Positions 24,540 to 39,000 of a stretch of 64,000 bases of DNA are shown here, in pieces. The notes below the pieces were generated by a model. It did not search any database. It worked only from the letters and a program-made list of their open reading frames with translations, and was not told where the DNA came from. The DNA comes from Chrysomallon squamiferum (taxonomy: Eukaryota; Animalia; Mollusca): the NCBI GenBank assembly GCA_012295275.1, contig CM022668.1, forward strand, positions 1,302,001 to 1,366,000, in the 5' to 3' direction. Positions within the stretch are counted from its first letter, which is position 1; every line of letters starts with the position of its first letter. A program made the position numbers and the translations under genes.

Positions 24540-25652
24540 TAATAATAATAATAAAACAGAAGAGGAAGAAAGCGTGAGTTGACAATAAATAACTTACCAC
24601 CAGTCTGACATTTTCTACACGATTTCTTACAATATGACAACATGTATGCTGGGTTGTTGTTGCATTCCCCGATTCTAGCCCAGTAAGAACATCTTGAATT
24701 CTGATCTCTACACGTTCCTGTAGATAAAATACACATCACAGCTGATAATAAGCAAACCAGGCAAACACTAGCATGTATCCATATATGTATGTATCTATGT
24801 ATGTCTAAATGTATATGTTATTTTATTTTATTTTATTTTATTTTTTAATTTTTTAATTTTTTTAATTATTATTTTTAATTTTTTTATTTTTTTATTCTTT
24901 ATTTATTTATTTTTTATTTATTTATTTATTTTTTTTTTAATATTTTTAAAATTTTTTTATCCCAAATTATGCAGTTGTGTTTAGAAAAATAAAAAAGAAA
25001 AACTCCACAAGAAAAGATTAAAGAGAGAACATAAAAGTTACTTGTGCCAGTTCCTGTTCCTGTTCCTGTCCCTGTCCCCGTTCCGGTTCCGGTTCCTGTC
25101 CCCGTTCCAGTTCCGGTTCCTGTCCCTGTCCCTGTCCCTGTCCCGGTGCCTGTCCCCGTCCCTGTCCCTGTCCCTGTGCCGGTACACAGACTGTACGGAG
25201 TGCCCGGACACCAGCACTGACAGTCTTTTCCTACAAAACCTTCTCCTGGACACTCCGAGTCGTCTTTCCTACAGTGCGCTGCGTTAAAGTGAATACATTT
25301 AAACACGACATTGGACGTATAAGCAAAACAAAAATAAAATAAAATAAATAATAATAATAATCATAATAAAAAGTAAAAAAATAAAAGAATAAGAATACAA
25401 AAAAGGTTTGAAATATTAATAATCATTTTAACTTTAACGCGTTTATGGAAAACAATAAGTTGTTATAAAAATAAGAAATTAATGAAGAAAACAATTAAGC
25501 TAATAAATAAACAATTAAACAATCAAACAACAACAAAAAATAAAAATATAAATAAAAATATAAATAAAAAAATAAATAAAAATAAAAATAAAAATAAAAT
25601 AATAAAAAAAAAATAAATAAAATAAATAAAATAAATAAAATAAATAAAATAA

Positions 25653-25704
<52 letters not shown>

Positions 25705-26309
25705 AAAATAACAATAAAAATAAATTAATTAATTTGTCACCTGAACACTGGTACATTTTGTTGGCCAGTTTGATGTCTTTGAAACTAAAACCAGTACTTT
25801 TCCCATGCGGTTTTGAAATCTGCTGTCTCGTGCTATGATTGTCACGCCACCGTTTACCGAGAACGCCTGCAACAAACCAAAGACTAAATTATTATCTTCT
25901 ATTTATTTTTAATATCAAATAAGATCTCGAATTTTAATAATAATTTTAGAAATCCTAATCCAAAATTGTTATTTTAAATGATTTATATAAATATTATTAT
26001 TTTATGGAATATTATTACGATTTTTTTCCCATCCCCTTTGCTTTACGGACAACTATATTTTTTCCCTTCACGTTCCATTTTAGATTTCTACAAAACATTG
26101 CTATCCCGCGACCAGATACATACATAAAGCAGAGTCAGATAGCCTTAATGAGAATTGCACGATTTATTTCCCCTTAAACTTTTGCAAATTTGAGTTATCT
26201 GTTAGATGACGTTCAGCCATTTTAGACTTTTATAACATATTTTAATATTTTGATAATAATTATTAACTTCGTCATAATAATAATAATAATAATAATAATA
26301 ATAGTAATA

Positions 26310-26340
<31 letters not shown>

Positions 26341-26351
26341 TAGTAATAATA

Positions 26352-26382
<31 letters not shown>

Positions 26383-26937
26383 TAGTAATAATAATAATAG
26401 TAATAATAATAATAGTAATAATAATGTCAGTTATTACTTACCTTCTGTCCATAATGCATGATACTTGTATAATCGTAGGGAACGTCGTACGTGTTGATGA
26501 CGTTACGTGAGTACTTCTGGAAGTTGTAGTAGAGGTGAGACGGGATGTTTCGTCTCACTATCGTCACGTAGTTGTCCCTGTCAGGACGTGTCTGTTCATG
26601 ATGAAATCCCACCGCGTGACCAACTTCATGAATGATAACACTTTTCTGATTTGTAAAATGAAATCATTTTATTAAACATAATGCATACGTCATTACTAGC
26701 ACTATTACAACTACTACTTCCATTATGCAACAACAGTACTACTTCTATTACTCTACAATAACAGCAAAAGCAGCAATAACAACTACTACTATTAATATCA
26801 TTACATTACTACTTTTAAAAAAATCAACAAAGGACAAAGGAAAAAAAGAGTAAATAAATAGAAAAGGAAAAAAACAGTAAAATCGTTAATTAGCTGTAGA
26901 AGTCGGACAACAACACAATAATACCAACAACAACAAC

Positions 26938-26977
<40 letters not shown>

Positions 26978-29900
26978 TAATAAAATAAGAAATAAAAATA
27001 ATAAAAATATTGCGCATTAACTTTGTTGTTGTTTATGCTTTGTGTTATTACAGGTAACTTTGTCAGGACACTCGCCTTGTTAACGTAATCTTTATGATAA
27101 AGAAACAGTCTTCTAATGTGATCAGAGAACGCAAATCTTATCATTATTCTTTGTATCACTGAATAATTACATACAATTAAATATATATTTTAAAAAGTCC
27201 CCTCTTTATTATGCTTTACAAATTTAGTAAGTGTCATGAAAAAGAAAACGGACAGAACAGTGAACTGTGAATGAAACTGTTGTGTGTTAGGTTCTGCTGT
27301 GAGACTCACAGAACAGTGAACTGTGAATGAAACTGTTGTGTGTTAGGTTCTGCTGTGAGACTCACAGAACAGTGAATGTGAATGAAACTGTTGTTCTGTG
27401 TTAGGTTCTGCTGCTGTGAGACTCACAGAACAGTGAATGTGAATGAAACTGTTGTGTGTTAGGTTCTGCTGTGAGACTCACAGAACAGTGAATGTGAATG
27501 AAACTGTTGTGTGTTAGGTTCTGCTGTGAGACTCACAGAACAGTGAACTGTGAATGAAACTGTTGTGTGTTAGGTTCTGCTGTGAGACTCACAGAACAGT
27601 GAATGTGAATGAAACTGTTGTGTGTTAGGTTCTGCTGTGAGACTCACAGAACAGTGAACTGTGAATGAAACTGTTGTGTGTTAGGTTCTGCTGTGAGACT
27701 CACAGAACAGTGAATGTGAGTGAAACTGTTGTGTTAGGTTCTCACTCACAGAACAGTGAATGTGAATGAAACTGTTGTGTGTTAGGTTCTGTGTGACTCA
27801 CCACGCGACAGCCCCAGGCTAGAGACACAGGCTGGGTTCCACCAGTCATTCCAACTCGAGACGAACATCTGTACAGACAAAAACATTAAAATAAATGTAT
27901 CACTCTGCAAAAGTTGTAAAATCTGATTTACAGACATACGGAAAACCACATAATATATATGTCTATATATTTTTTTATTTTTTTATTTAATTTCTTTTCT
28001 ACATCCAGCCGCATACAGAGTGATCAAATATTATTATGCACATAAAATGTTGTCGTTAAAAGAGATATGTTCTAAAATATTCTGTATTATTAGCACGACT
28101 TTATTTGTTTGACAAACAATATTAACAAATAAATATGTTAATATATCAGTCTTTATTGCAAGTATTATAATAATATTATTATGATAAAGAACATGATTTT
28201 GATTAATACTGTTCTGACAATAATGATTCTGTTTCATGTAAATAAGAAACTACCATTTATGTCAAACTAAGCATAAATTAGGTTTTATAGATAAAAAAGG
28301 ATTTTTATTTTTTTTATTTTTAATATTTTAAAGTTTCTAAAAAGAAAGATAACTATATAAAAAGTGAGACTCTAACCCGCCACCATTTTGAAAGCGTATT
28401 CTGTTTCTGTCGGACGATGTCGCTCGTCTAAAATTCAGACACGTGTACCTCATCCAGTCGCGTAGTGCCGCGTCAATCTGAGCTCTGTGAGCCGCACCTA
28501 GCAACGTCAGCGTAGACATTATTTACAAATACACAGTAAAAAACAGGGAACTGTTAAATAATAAATAATAATAATAACAACAACAATAATAATAAATTAA
28601 AAAATAGTACTGTAGACAAAACAGTGTTAAATCGTCTCGTAACAAACGATTCAAAGTAATAATGAATCAAATAATCCTAAAGTATGATACAACGCGATCA
28701 AGTAATTAAATTATCACAATAAAAATAATAGATTAGTTGAAAGTAAATATCTAACATAACACGATCAAGCAATACGGTTAGTAAGTAACATGAAATACAC
28801 TCTGCATCCTGGTGTCTCAAAACAAAAAAGATTTTACATTTATATTAAATTTCACAAATAACATTAATTCTTCTTAACCTTTAATCTTTGTGAATGTTTA
28901 TTTAAATCTTGCTCCACTGTAAGTATGTGTTAAACATTAATTCTAAATCAACCAGACGTAAAACGTCTCTGTCTTACTAAACGTTCCTGTCACTATCTCA
29001 TACGGAATTTCTTTATTAGTCCACCTGTTTCCACCGATACCTGGTCGAACCGCCTTCCGCTTGGCTGGGTGGTCAATGGCTGCTGAAGCGTTTCTGAAAT
29101 CACGTTAAAAGCTGGGTTAAAATACTACCACTGCTATGTCACCATAACCACCCCCACAACATCACCAACAGCAACTACAACAAGACTATTCATTTTCTAG
29201 TATTAACAGCAAAAACCAACCCCACAACTAACAGAACCATTACTTCTATATGCCACTACTACTATCATTATTTCTAATAACAATCCTGAACTGAAATGAT
29301 TTATTAATAATACCTCAGTACACAAAATGGAAAGAAAGAAAGAAAAAATATTCAAAAAAAAAAAATAATAATAATAAAATAAAGATCAGAACATCAACAG
29401 TAATAAAAAAAGAGAAGTTAATAGGCTATTCAGTTTAATCCTATGGTCATAATAATGATAATACCCGATTTTAATTATTTTTATTATTATTATTATTAAA
29501 AAATTTTTGTGTTCTGAATTAATATGACGACGACGACAACAACAATAATAAAACATATCAGTGGTGGTTTGATCAAAGAATACAATACATTTTTGAAAAT
29601 ATTTTTTATATTTTACATAAACATTTCAAGAAATTAAATGAAAATCAAACTAACGCCTCCATTATTGCTGTCCATTCTGCTATTGTGAAGACCATGTCCA
29701 TTTCCACCGTTACGCTGTTACTGCGTTCATCCAGCATGAAATCAAACTGATGACCTGACAACATACAAAAATCTCATCTTCAGTATTGTTTATCTTTTGA
29801 TGAATGTGTGGTGTGCGTATGTTTGTGTGTTGTATGCGTGTCCGTATGTGGAGCGTATGTATGCGAAGAGAAATAAATATAAATAAACACAGCAAAGATA

Positions 29901-31002
29901 TAATCGCATCTTCTTCTACGATAATTTCATCATTAACATTTATTAATTATGATTTTTTTTAAAATATTCAGCAATAACAACAACAACAACAACAACACAA
30001 TGTAAATATATTCTTAACAGAGATAACTCCGCATCATAATCGTAATCCAGTGGTGCCCAATACGTCGATCGCATAGACAGTGTGGGTAGATCACATAGAC
30101 AGTGTGGGTAGATTTCATAGACAGTGTGGGTAGATCGCATAGACAGCGTGGGTAGATCGCATAGACAGTGTGGGTAGATTTCATAGACAGTGTGGATAGA
30201 TCGCATAGATAGCGTGGATAGATTGCATAGACAGTGTGGGTAGATCGCATAGACAGTGTGGATAGATCGCATAGACAGTGTGGATAGATCGCATAGACAG
30301 TGTGGGTAGATCGCATAGACAGTGTGGATAGATCGCATAGACAGTGTGGATAGATCGCATAGACAGCGTGGGTAGATCGCATAGACAGTGTGGGTAGATC
30401 GCATAGACAGTGTGGGTAGATCGCATAGACAGTGTGGGTAGATCGCATAGACAGTGTGGATAGACCCCATAGACAGTGTGGGTAGATTTCATAGACAGTG
30501 TGGGTAGATCTCATAGACAGTGTGGATAGATCGCATAGACAGTGTGGGTAGATCGCATAGACAGTGTGGGTAGATCTCATAGACAGTGTGGATAGATCGC
30601 ATGACACTAAAAAATAGCCTATCATCCATCCTGCAGCCTTAATAAATGTTTTGCGTTTTTGTTGTACATAGATCATTTTGACCTGGTCATTTAAAAAGAA
30701 GCTCGCAAGCCAAAAACATCTGGGCACCCCTTTCGTAATCAAATGCTTCGACAAAATTAATTTTAATTTGAGAACGACACAGAATTAATTTCGATAATTG
30801 CCTTGTCAGTAAGTGTCTTCAAATTAGATGTAATAACTACAGTTTAAACTGTAACGGATGTGTTGACAAGAGGTCGTTTGGCAAATTAAAATTAACACAG
30901 GGGTCGTTCCAGAATAACGAGGCATTCAGCTACAATTAAATATGGTCACTTCAAATAACTTCCGTCATATAATTATTATTTTTATTAATGTTGCCACATG
31001 TA

Positions 31003-31040
<38 letters not shown>

Positions 31041-32265
31041 GTAGTAGTAGTAGTAGTCGTCGTAGTACTGTTGTCATTATTATTATTATTATTATTATTA
31101 AATCATGTTTCTCATTTGGTACTAAAGACAGTAACTTAATATAATTTCGGATTAGAATATATGTATGTATATATGTATGTATTCGAAACAAAGATTATCA
31201 CTTTGTAATTAATTAAGTTACTGTCTTTAGTATCAAAAAAGAAAAATGAATTAATAATAATAATGACAAGGATACTACTACTACGACAACTACTAACATA
31301 TATAAATGCACACTACTCACTGGAATTTGCAGCCTGTGTTATCAGTTCGTCGATAGTGGCACCTTGTACAGATGTAAAAACCTGTTTACATAAATAATCA
31401 TACACATGATTAAAACATAAATACAACAACAGAATATGTGCGTGTGTGTGTGTATTTGTAAATATAAAATGAATGAATGAATAATAATAGTAAAGCAACA
31501 AGAACAACGAAATAAAATCTAAAAATTATAAAACAATTTAAAAAAAAAAAAAAGACGTTAAATTAAATACATTGATATTTGCTTTTAATTTTAGATTATG
31601 TTAAATTTCGTCATTGTTTTAGTAATATATATATTCGAGTGGCTTTTACAATACTGAAAATATATTTTGATGAAATTTAACTTTCACTGTATGATGAAAG
31701 AATTTAAATAATCCCTTTCTAGATCTCCGTTAAGCAGATATTCAAAAAAATATCAGCGATATAGAATATTGGTAATAAAATTCATAAGTCTGTTTTAAAA
31801 TCATTGTGCTCATTTTCATATTTTAGTTGTGTAGTTCATTAGAAAAAATAAAGATGGAAACAAAAAACGATACTGCGGAAAAAACAGTTTACCAAAACCA
31901 CAGCCAGCATTTTCAAAAAAAAATTAATTTTTTTCTCTCAGTTTCGTTAATAATTCCAAATAGGATTGTAATGATACGGTATACATTTAAAATTAATGAA
32001 TATGTAGTATATTTAGAACACATGTTAATATTTTTTGTTCCCTTTTTAAAAACCCACTATTTTTGGTGAATATGTACATTTAAAACAGTATTTTACCTTA
32101 AAGATCCACACTAGTATTTATAATGTAATATATATATATATATATATTGTCTATTCAAATATTATATTATATAAAAAATATTTGAATAGATAAAACATTT
32201 TTGAGCGTTTGGTTCAGACTTACCATGAAACAGACGATAGCGCCCCACATCTTCGTGGTCGACAT
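23115..32265 (-). CDS. Secreted astacin (M12A) zinc metalloprotease with Cys-rich segment, (TG)23 linker and four ShK domains; 13 exons; 1-bp frameshift in exon 8 as assembled
   Basis: Exons 32265-32224, 31381-31321 (signal peptide), 29754-29655 (prodomain EMDMVF), 29093-28978 (AKRKA..RWTNKEIPYEI), 28497-28377, 27868-27802 (GCSSRVG..SLAWGC), 26645-26442 (HEVGHAVGFHHEQTRPDRD; Met-turn SIMHY), 25866-25741, 25278-25042, and ShK exons 24717-24598, 23914-23786, 23618-23466, 23236-23115 (TGA). AATAAA follows at 23107-23102. Exon sum is 1598 nt, one short of 533 codons. Confidence 0.92.
27252..27800. repeat. 55-56-bp minisatellite, ~10 copies, in astacin intron 6
   Basis: Unit CAGAACAGTGAA(C)TGTGAATGAAACTGTTGTGTGTTAGGTTCTGCTGTGAGACTCA, abutting the splice donor at 27801. 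Confidence 0.95.
30066..30602. repeat. 22-bp minisatellite (GATCGCATAGACAGTGTGGGTA), ~24 copies, in astacin intron 2
   Basis: Directly visible tandem array. Explains the repetitive ORFs at 29943-30754. Confidence 0.95.
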
Positions 32266-32977
32266 TGTAACTCGGTACACCCGTGATGGCGTTTTGTACT
32301 CAGCTGTCGTTACAAACAGCTTAATTCCTTTTCATGGTTATCCAATCTGGACGAGGTGATTTGATTCGTCCACAGAAAGAATGTTAATTAAATAAACACA
32401 TCCTTGACTCGCCTTTGTTGCCTCTTTTAAACGATCAAAACATGTTTATGAGACAGTGACACCCGCTTCCACTTGGCTTTGCTGTTTGTCTTTGAAGTTT
32501 AGAAATGAGAGATTTGTTCAAAACGCGGAGTTGCATCGTTTAACCAGAAGCAGTTTTAGCTACTTGTTGTAGCGACTACATGTATATTTTTTACTTTTAC
32601 TGATTTAATACGTAACTCACGCGCGCACACACAGATTTATTATTATTATTTTAATTACTAAAAATTAATTTTCTTACAATTCTGTTACAATATGATGTCC
32701 AAGTGCACTAAGTTGCTGATTCACTTTGATAAATTAGATGTTCTTACTTTACAGTATTTATAGAGATTTCAATGTTTCTTTCGGCTCTGAGTGGTATAGG
32801 AATTCAACATGGCCGCTAACACTAGCATAACGAATTAAATTAATTACAATAATTACAAATAAATAAATAAATATAAATAAAATAAAATCCCCCACATACG
32901 CTCAAAACTTTCCAATGAACACCACCACCACCACCACCACCACCACCAACAACAACAACATAATAATAATAATAATG

Positions 32978-33020
<43 letters not shown>

Positions 33021-34466
33021 TAATAATAATAATAATGACGATGATGTCGACGAAAAGTATTTTGCCAGCGTTATTAGGCATTTTAACGTTTAAATTACAA
33101 CAGATTCCGAACTCTAGATACAAATTAAAAAAACTGTGAGTCTTATAAAAGTGACCGAACCATATGTACACACATTCATTATTCTGTTTGGTAAGAACTA
33201 TTAGTTTTATAATGAAATCTGCTTCTTTTTTCTTTTTCTTTTTTAATTTTAATTTTTCTTTACCTGTTTATTTATAAAAACAACAAAAAACCAAAACAAG
33301 AACAACAAACAAGCATACATTAATAAGTAATATAAATATTTTATGAACGGAAAATAAGAAGTCATGAGAATAGTTCACAAACAGTAGTATAGGCGAACTA
33401 TAGTTGAATAATTCTGTCGAAACATTTACTCAAATCAATACACTACGCAGTTTAATAATCACTAAAAATAAAAACTTGCTGACGTGTTCAATCGGCCAGT
33501 TTCAGCTTCACGTGGTGATGAATAAACTGTTCAGGAGAGAAATCGCGCCATTTCTAAATGACTATTAGGACGTCGGATATTTTCGTGTTATCATAGTTCG
33601 TACGTCAACAATCCCTTATCGTTTTATATACTGCTGCTGACGTTTATTGTTCGATCTTAAATTTTAAAAATGTTTTTAAATTTAAAATACAAGATGACAA
33701 TGTAGAATAATAATAATATTAATATACATTTAAAAAAATAAAATAAAATAAAAAATTAAAACCTGAATACTTAAAGCTTTACATATGCAAAATCATCATA
33801 TTTATTAAAATTATACTTTTTCCCCTACATAAGAAAAACATTGTTATAGTCTCAACAAACTGGCTTCAAAATTCATTATGCTTTAAAAATATAATAATAA
33901 TAAATAAATAAATAAATATAATAATAGAATAAAATCATTTTTTTTAATCCTTCCTTAGTATTAAATAAATACGATACAATTTTAACCCACACTCTTAGGC
34001 ATATTTCTGTTTCTTTTAACCATACGAACAGGCTCATAATAACGAAACAGAATTAGCCGAACTTCACCGAGTCATTTACGTATGCTCGTACGTCATACAC
34101 TATAAATACCGTTTGTTGTGTTTTGGTTTGCATTATTGCAATATATCCAGTGTATGAATACACTGTCAAAACAAATGTATTTAAACATTATTTTAATAAA
34201 TTAAAGCTTGGGTTTTAACAATTTCATTACATGCAATAACAAGTGAAAAGAAAATTGAGATGTTATTAATTTTATATTTAAGATATATTACACTTTAACA
34301 GGAGATCTATATTTCATCTCGCAAGAATTACCAAATGTTATGAGGACATCTGTAATGGCGATTTCTTATTTCTGAATTTGAGGTCGATTCGTCTTCAATA
34401 TTTCGCATTTACATTAGAAAATACGTCTGTCATAAGTGTTGAGATATCAGACAAACACACGGTATA

Positions 34467-34867
34467 ATGTCTGATTCAGCTGTTGTGGTGATCAAACTTG
34501 TTGGGCAGCCAAATAATGCTCAGCCGGAGCCATTTTATATCGCAAGAAATATTTCCTGGGCTGATTTGAAGGCAATGGTAGGTGTATGTTTACATATATA
34601 TTTTATCATTTTTACTTAGAATATGAAGCAATACTTGGTGAAAATCGGATATTTATTTTTCAATATGTATATATGAAATAAATATCTTATTTTTTGTTCT
34701 ACTATTACATTTATTATCGAATAAAATTAATTTGCAGCTTTAAGGCTTAGTCTTTATGAGTATCAAGGACGAATAAGCATTTATTTATAGATGTAAATAA
34801 AAATTTATTTGTACATTTATTTAGTCGAGATTTCGAACAAAAATGAAGATATTTTTTCATCATTCAT

Positions 34868-34918
<51 letters not shown>

Positions 34919-36005
34919 GTAAAGCTAAAAGCACAATAAGTTTGGCTAGAATAATCATATATAGGCAGTATAGACACATGGACATTTAAATAAATAAAAA
35001 CAATTAAAATAATATGAAATACCATTATCAATAAATTATGTGATAAATAATTTGTTCCATTAATTATGGTGATAGTCATTTAGATTCACAAACACACTTA
35101 AAATAAGTTATTTTATCATTACTGAAATTGAAATCCGATAATATATATTTATTTATTTATTTACTCATCAATGTAATGAAAAGTTATTACACTTTTCTGT
35201 TACTTATTTCCAGGATCTTTCTTGAGTATTAACAGGCAGGACATACCTTATTGCCCCATATAGACCATGAAAAAAAAAAATCTTTATCTATAAATAAATT
35301 GTTTTTACTTATCAGAACAGTGACAATTATATTACTCTTTATGATATTAGTCATCACTGGTGTATTTTACAGATGTTAGCCCTGTTTGATGTGACACCAT
35401 CAGAAATAGAAGTTCATTATCAAGATGATGAAAACGACAAGGTGAAGTATTTAAATATTATCAACACAGAATTCAACTTCATGTTTCATGAATTATTTTA
35501 TTTTTAGAATGAGAACATTTTTGTAATAAACTTATATTGTTAAAATCATTTTAAAATCTTTTCTTTATTAAATCTCATAAGCACATTCATTTTATACAGG
35601 ATAAAATATCTTTATTGATTAATAAAATAATTTATTGATTAGATACATTTTTATTCCAAGGACAGGTTACATCCAGAACACAAATTAGGAAAATATTGTG
35701 ATGTAAACAAGCACATTACAGATAAATTAAACAAGAACTTGTTGCCAATTATAATGTTGTTAGTATTGAAGTTTACTTTCAGTATTACATTCCAAACATG
35801 TAGAATACCAATGATCTTTGTAAAAGACAAAAGCAAAAATGACAAGTAGTCCTATAAATAGAATTCACCATTGATATTTTTTTGAAACAGAAATGATACA
35901 CTTAACCTTTGTTGAGTAACATTTGTGTCAACAAAGATAAATAATCACAGGTCATGAAAACAATTTTATGTTGTTACTTTATTAAATATATATATTATTT
36001 ATTGG

Positions 36006-36044
<39 letters not shown>

Positions 36045-39000
36045 GAGAGGTTATTTCCTTTTTTAAAATGATATAAACAGTTACTGACAATTATGTTTCC
36101 TTTTTTCTTTATAAACATGTATAAAATTTGCCTACGAGTCTAGCACTTACTTAATTTTCAAAAAAATGTTTGAAAATTTTGTATTTAATATTTTCTTCTT
36201 TTTATTCTACAGATCACTCTTAGTAGTGACAATGAGCTGCAAGAAGCATTTCGAGTACGTACAGAATCTAAATCATTAACTGTGGGTGTTGTTATAAATG
36301 TGCTCTTAATTGAATAAATAAAATTATGTTCATTCCATTTTTATGTGACAGAGGATGAGGATATATCAGTTTATCACTTGAAGCATTTTGATTACCTACT
36401 GAATGTAAATTATTAACAGGAAGTATGTGTATGGCTTGATTTAGTCAAATTAATGTTGTTAAAAAATTGGTGCAGAATAGCTTTACTGAAATAATCCAGT
36501 CCCATCTTGTCTGAAATTATGTTTAAAAAAATTGGTTAATCATTTATCATGTACAGCACCCAACAAAATGTACTACATGTATTAAATGGGATATTTAGAA
36601 AATGTTGTTTTTTAATGTTATGTTGAACCTCAAAATATTAAAATTTTAAAATTATAAAAGTATTTCCTATTTTCCAGTTTGCTAATGCCACATCTGAGGG
36701 TGTTTTGCAGTTGTACGTGAAGGACGGTGTCACAGATTTAGTTACTGAAAGAGAAGACATCACTGAGTCAGATGCTGTGGCCACAGCACCTGTCATTGAT
36801 GAGTCGAAGGCTGAGCAGGTACCCCCCACTGAGACAGACACAGAAATTAAAGACATTCCCCCAGTCACTGTGAAGGATGAGAGGTTAGTAAATGACCTGT
36901 ATTTCATTTCATCTTCACTAGGTAAAATACCTATTTTAGATAATAAACTTGTGTTAATTTAATTAGGTTTTGGTTTATTCAGTTGCTGCAGGATGTAATT
37001 AATTTTATTGTGTAATAATCAGATGTATTATTTTAGTTAATTATTTAACCATGTTCTTTTGTTATTTTTAAACTTTCACGCTATTAGTTTGCATTACAGT
37101 TGCTCATCTTGTAGGAAAATACAATAATAATTTATTTTACTAAACTCAGTCCAGTTCCTCAAAAGACTTCAGTTTGAAATTGTATAAGTTTTATCTAAAC
37201 AAAAGTCTAATTATCATTAAACACACACATACACAAACACACACACACACACACACACACAGTCCTAGTGACATATCAGATTTTATATGTAAAAATATAT
37301 TACATTTTGTAACTAAGTTTAATTGATTACCATGATTAAATTATTTATTAAAAAATATAGTATATGAAATTGTGTCTGTTGTAATTATAAAGAATCATTT
37401 GTCAAATTAAGTTCAAGATAACTTATGTAAAAAGCCCCTAATATTATTGTGTTTTGTGTTATTTCCTGTTTATAAAATAGTTATGTCTTTCATTCACCTT
37501 TAATGCTTAATACTGATCATACTGTTGTGTTGAAAAGACATGAGACACAGTGGGTAGTATTTGCTTAGTGTTTTTAAGATTAATGTGTCATTTATAAATT
37601 TGTTTTCAGACAAGTCAAAGAGGAAGCTGAACATGACACTGCAGAGACTGGGGAGACCTCTCCTCAGTATGAGTGTGATGAAGAAACTGGACTAATTCGC
37701 AGTGTACGTTACCTCACATTTTACTCTCTTAACCATTTTTCAAGTCTTTTTTACCAAATCTTTAAAAAAAGTTAATATACGGGATATAAGTAAGTTTACT
37801 GATAAAGGTAAAAGTGCTGTTACTGGTTTTATGTTATCAAGTATTACAAATGTTTTGTGAAAATAACAATAAACTGGATATTTATTATGTTAATTTATCA
37901 TTGTAACAGCATAAACCTGTAGTTAGGAAAAAGGCCTGCTACATTGAAATCCCAGGCAAAGACCGCAATGGTAATGATAAAGGTGATGCGCAGGAGTTGG
38001 AAAAGAAGCAGAGTGAATCGGAAAGTGCCATGCCCTACCAGGACTTCGTTGTCTTCATGGAGAAAGTAAGTATATTTTAATGTGACAGTTGTTGTTCTGC
38101 TTATTGTACCTCTTTACAGATTGATGTTCATTTACATCCTTTACTCAGGTTTGAAAATATCTCATAGATTATTAATGCATAAAAATCTACTTTATCGTTA
38201 TTTTCTAATAAATAACGATTAAACAAATTTTAAATTAAGGATTTATTTAATTTTTTTTTAAATATACTGCTTGCAGCAGTTGTTTTCCCATATTTATCAT
38301 TTTTCTGTTTTCTTTTATTTGTTGTTTTTAATTCATTTCAGTCATTGTTGAACAGAATTGATGATTGTGTTTGTTTATTTTGTTAAAGTTGAAACGTGAA
38401 CTGAGAACTGAAATTGTTCATGATGTCACTAAAAAAACAGTAAAGCAGGTTCTCAAGGGACTTGACAATGCTGTCATTCGCTCTATTCAAGGAGGAGCCT
38501 CACCTCCTTCAACTCCTACCACTGATAAAAAATCAGCAAAGGAATCAAAACCAGCTCATCGTAAGTCTTTGATAATGAAAGAGAGATTATTCATGTTAAA
38601 TTTTATCCTAGAAATTATTTTTATTTGTATTAAATTTTTATTAGAAATGTAGTCAGAAACAGAGGTTTTGTTTATTGTTTCTAACATTGTGTATTTTCAT
38701 GACATAAAAGTGAGAATCACCAACATGTCAGTTCGAATAAAATTTAATTTTATTCTTTTGTTATCCTGTCTAATACATTTCAGGATAATAACATTTCTTA
38801 CCTGGAATTAAAAAAACTAACTAAATAAAAAAAAAAAAAAAAAAATACAAAGAATTATATATATTCACATTGAGTAAATATTTATCATCTTAAATTATTT
38901 CTGTTTTTTGTTCATTAAATCATCTGCTACAAGTATAATATGGTTTAAAAAAGATGAAATAAATATATTAATATATTTTAAAATCGAAGAACAACCTTAA

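Noticed and set aside
27252-27800. Regular repeats with an internal palindrome, superficially CRISPR-like (also 40032-40810)
   Set aside because: Units are head-to-tail with no unique spacers, there are no cas genes, and the context is a eukaryotic intron.
29943-30754. Cys/His-rich ORFs (HTVYAIYPHCLCDL...) resembling zinc fingers
   Set aside because: They come from a 22-bp intronic minisatellite; the same peptide appears in all three frames.
30715-30915. Possible short inverted repeats (TCTGGGCACCCCT ... AGGGGTCGTTCCAGA)
   Set aside because: The match is short and gapped with no clear TSD, too weak to call an element.
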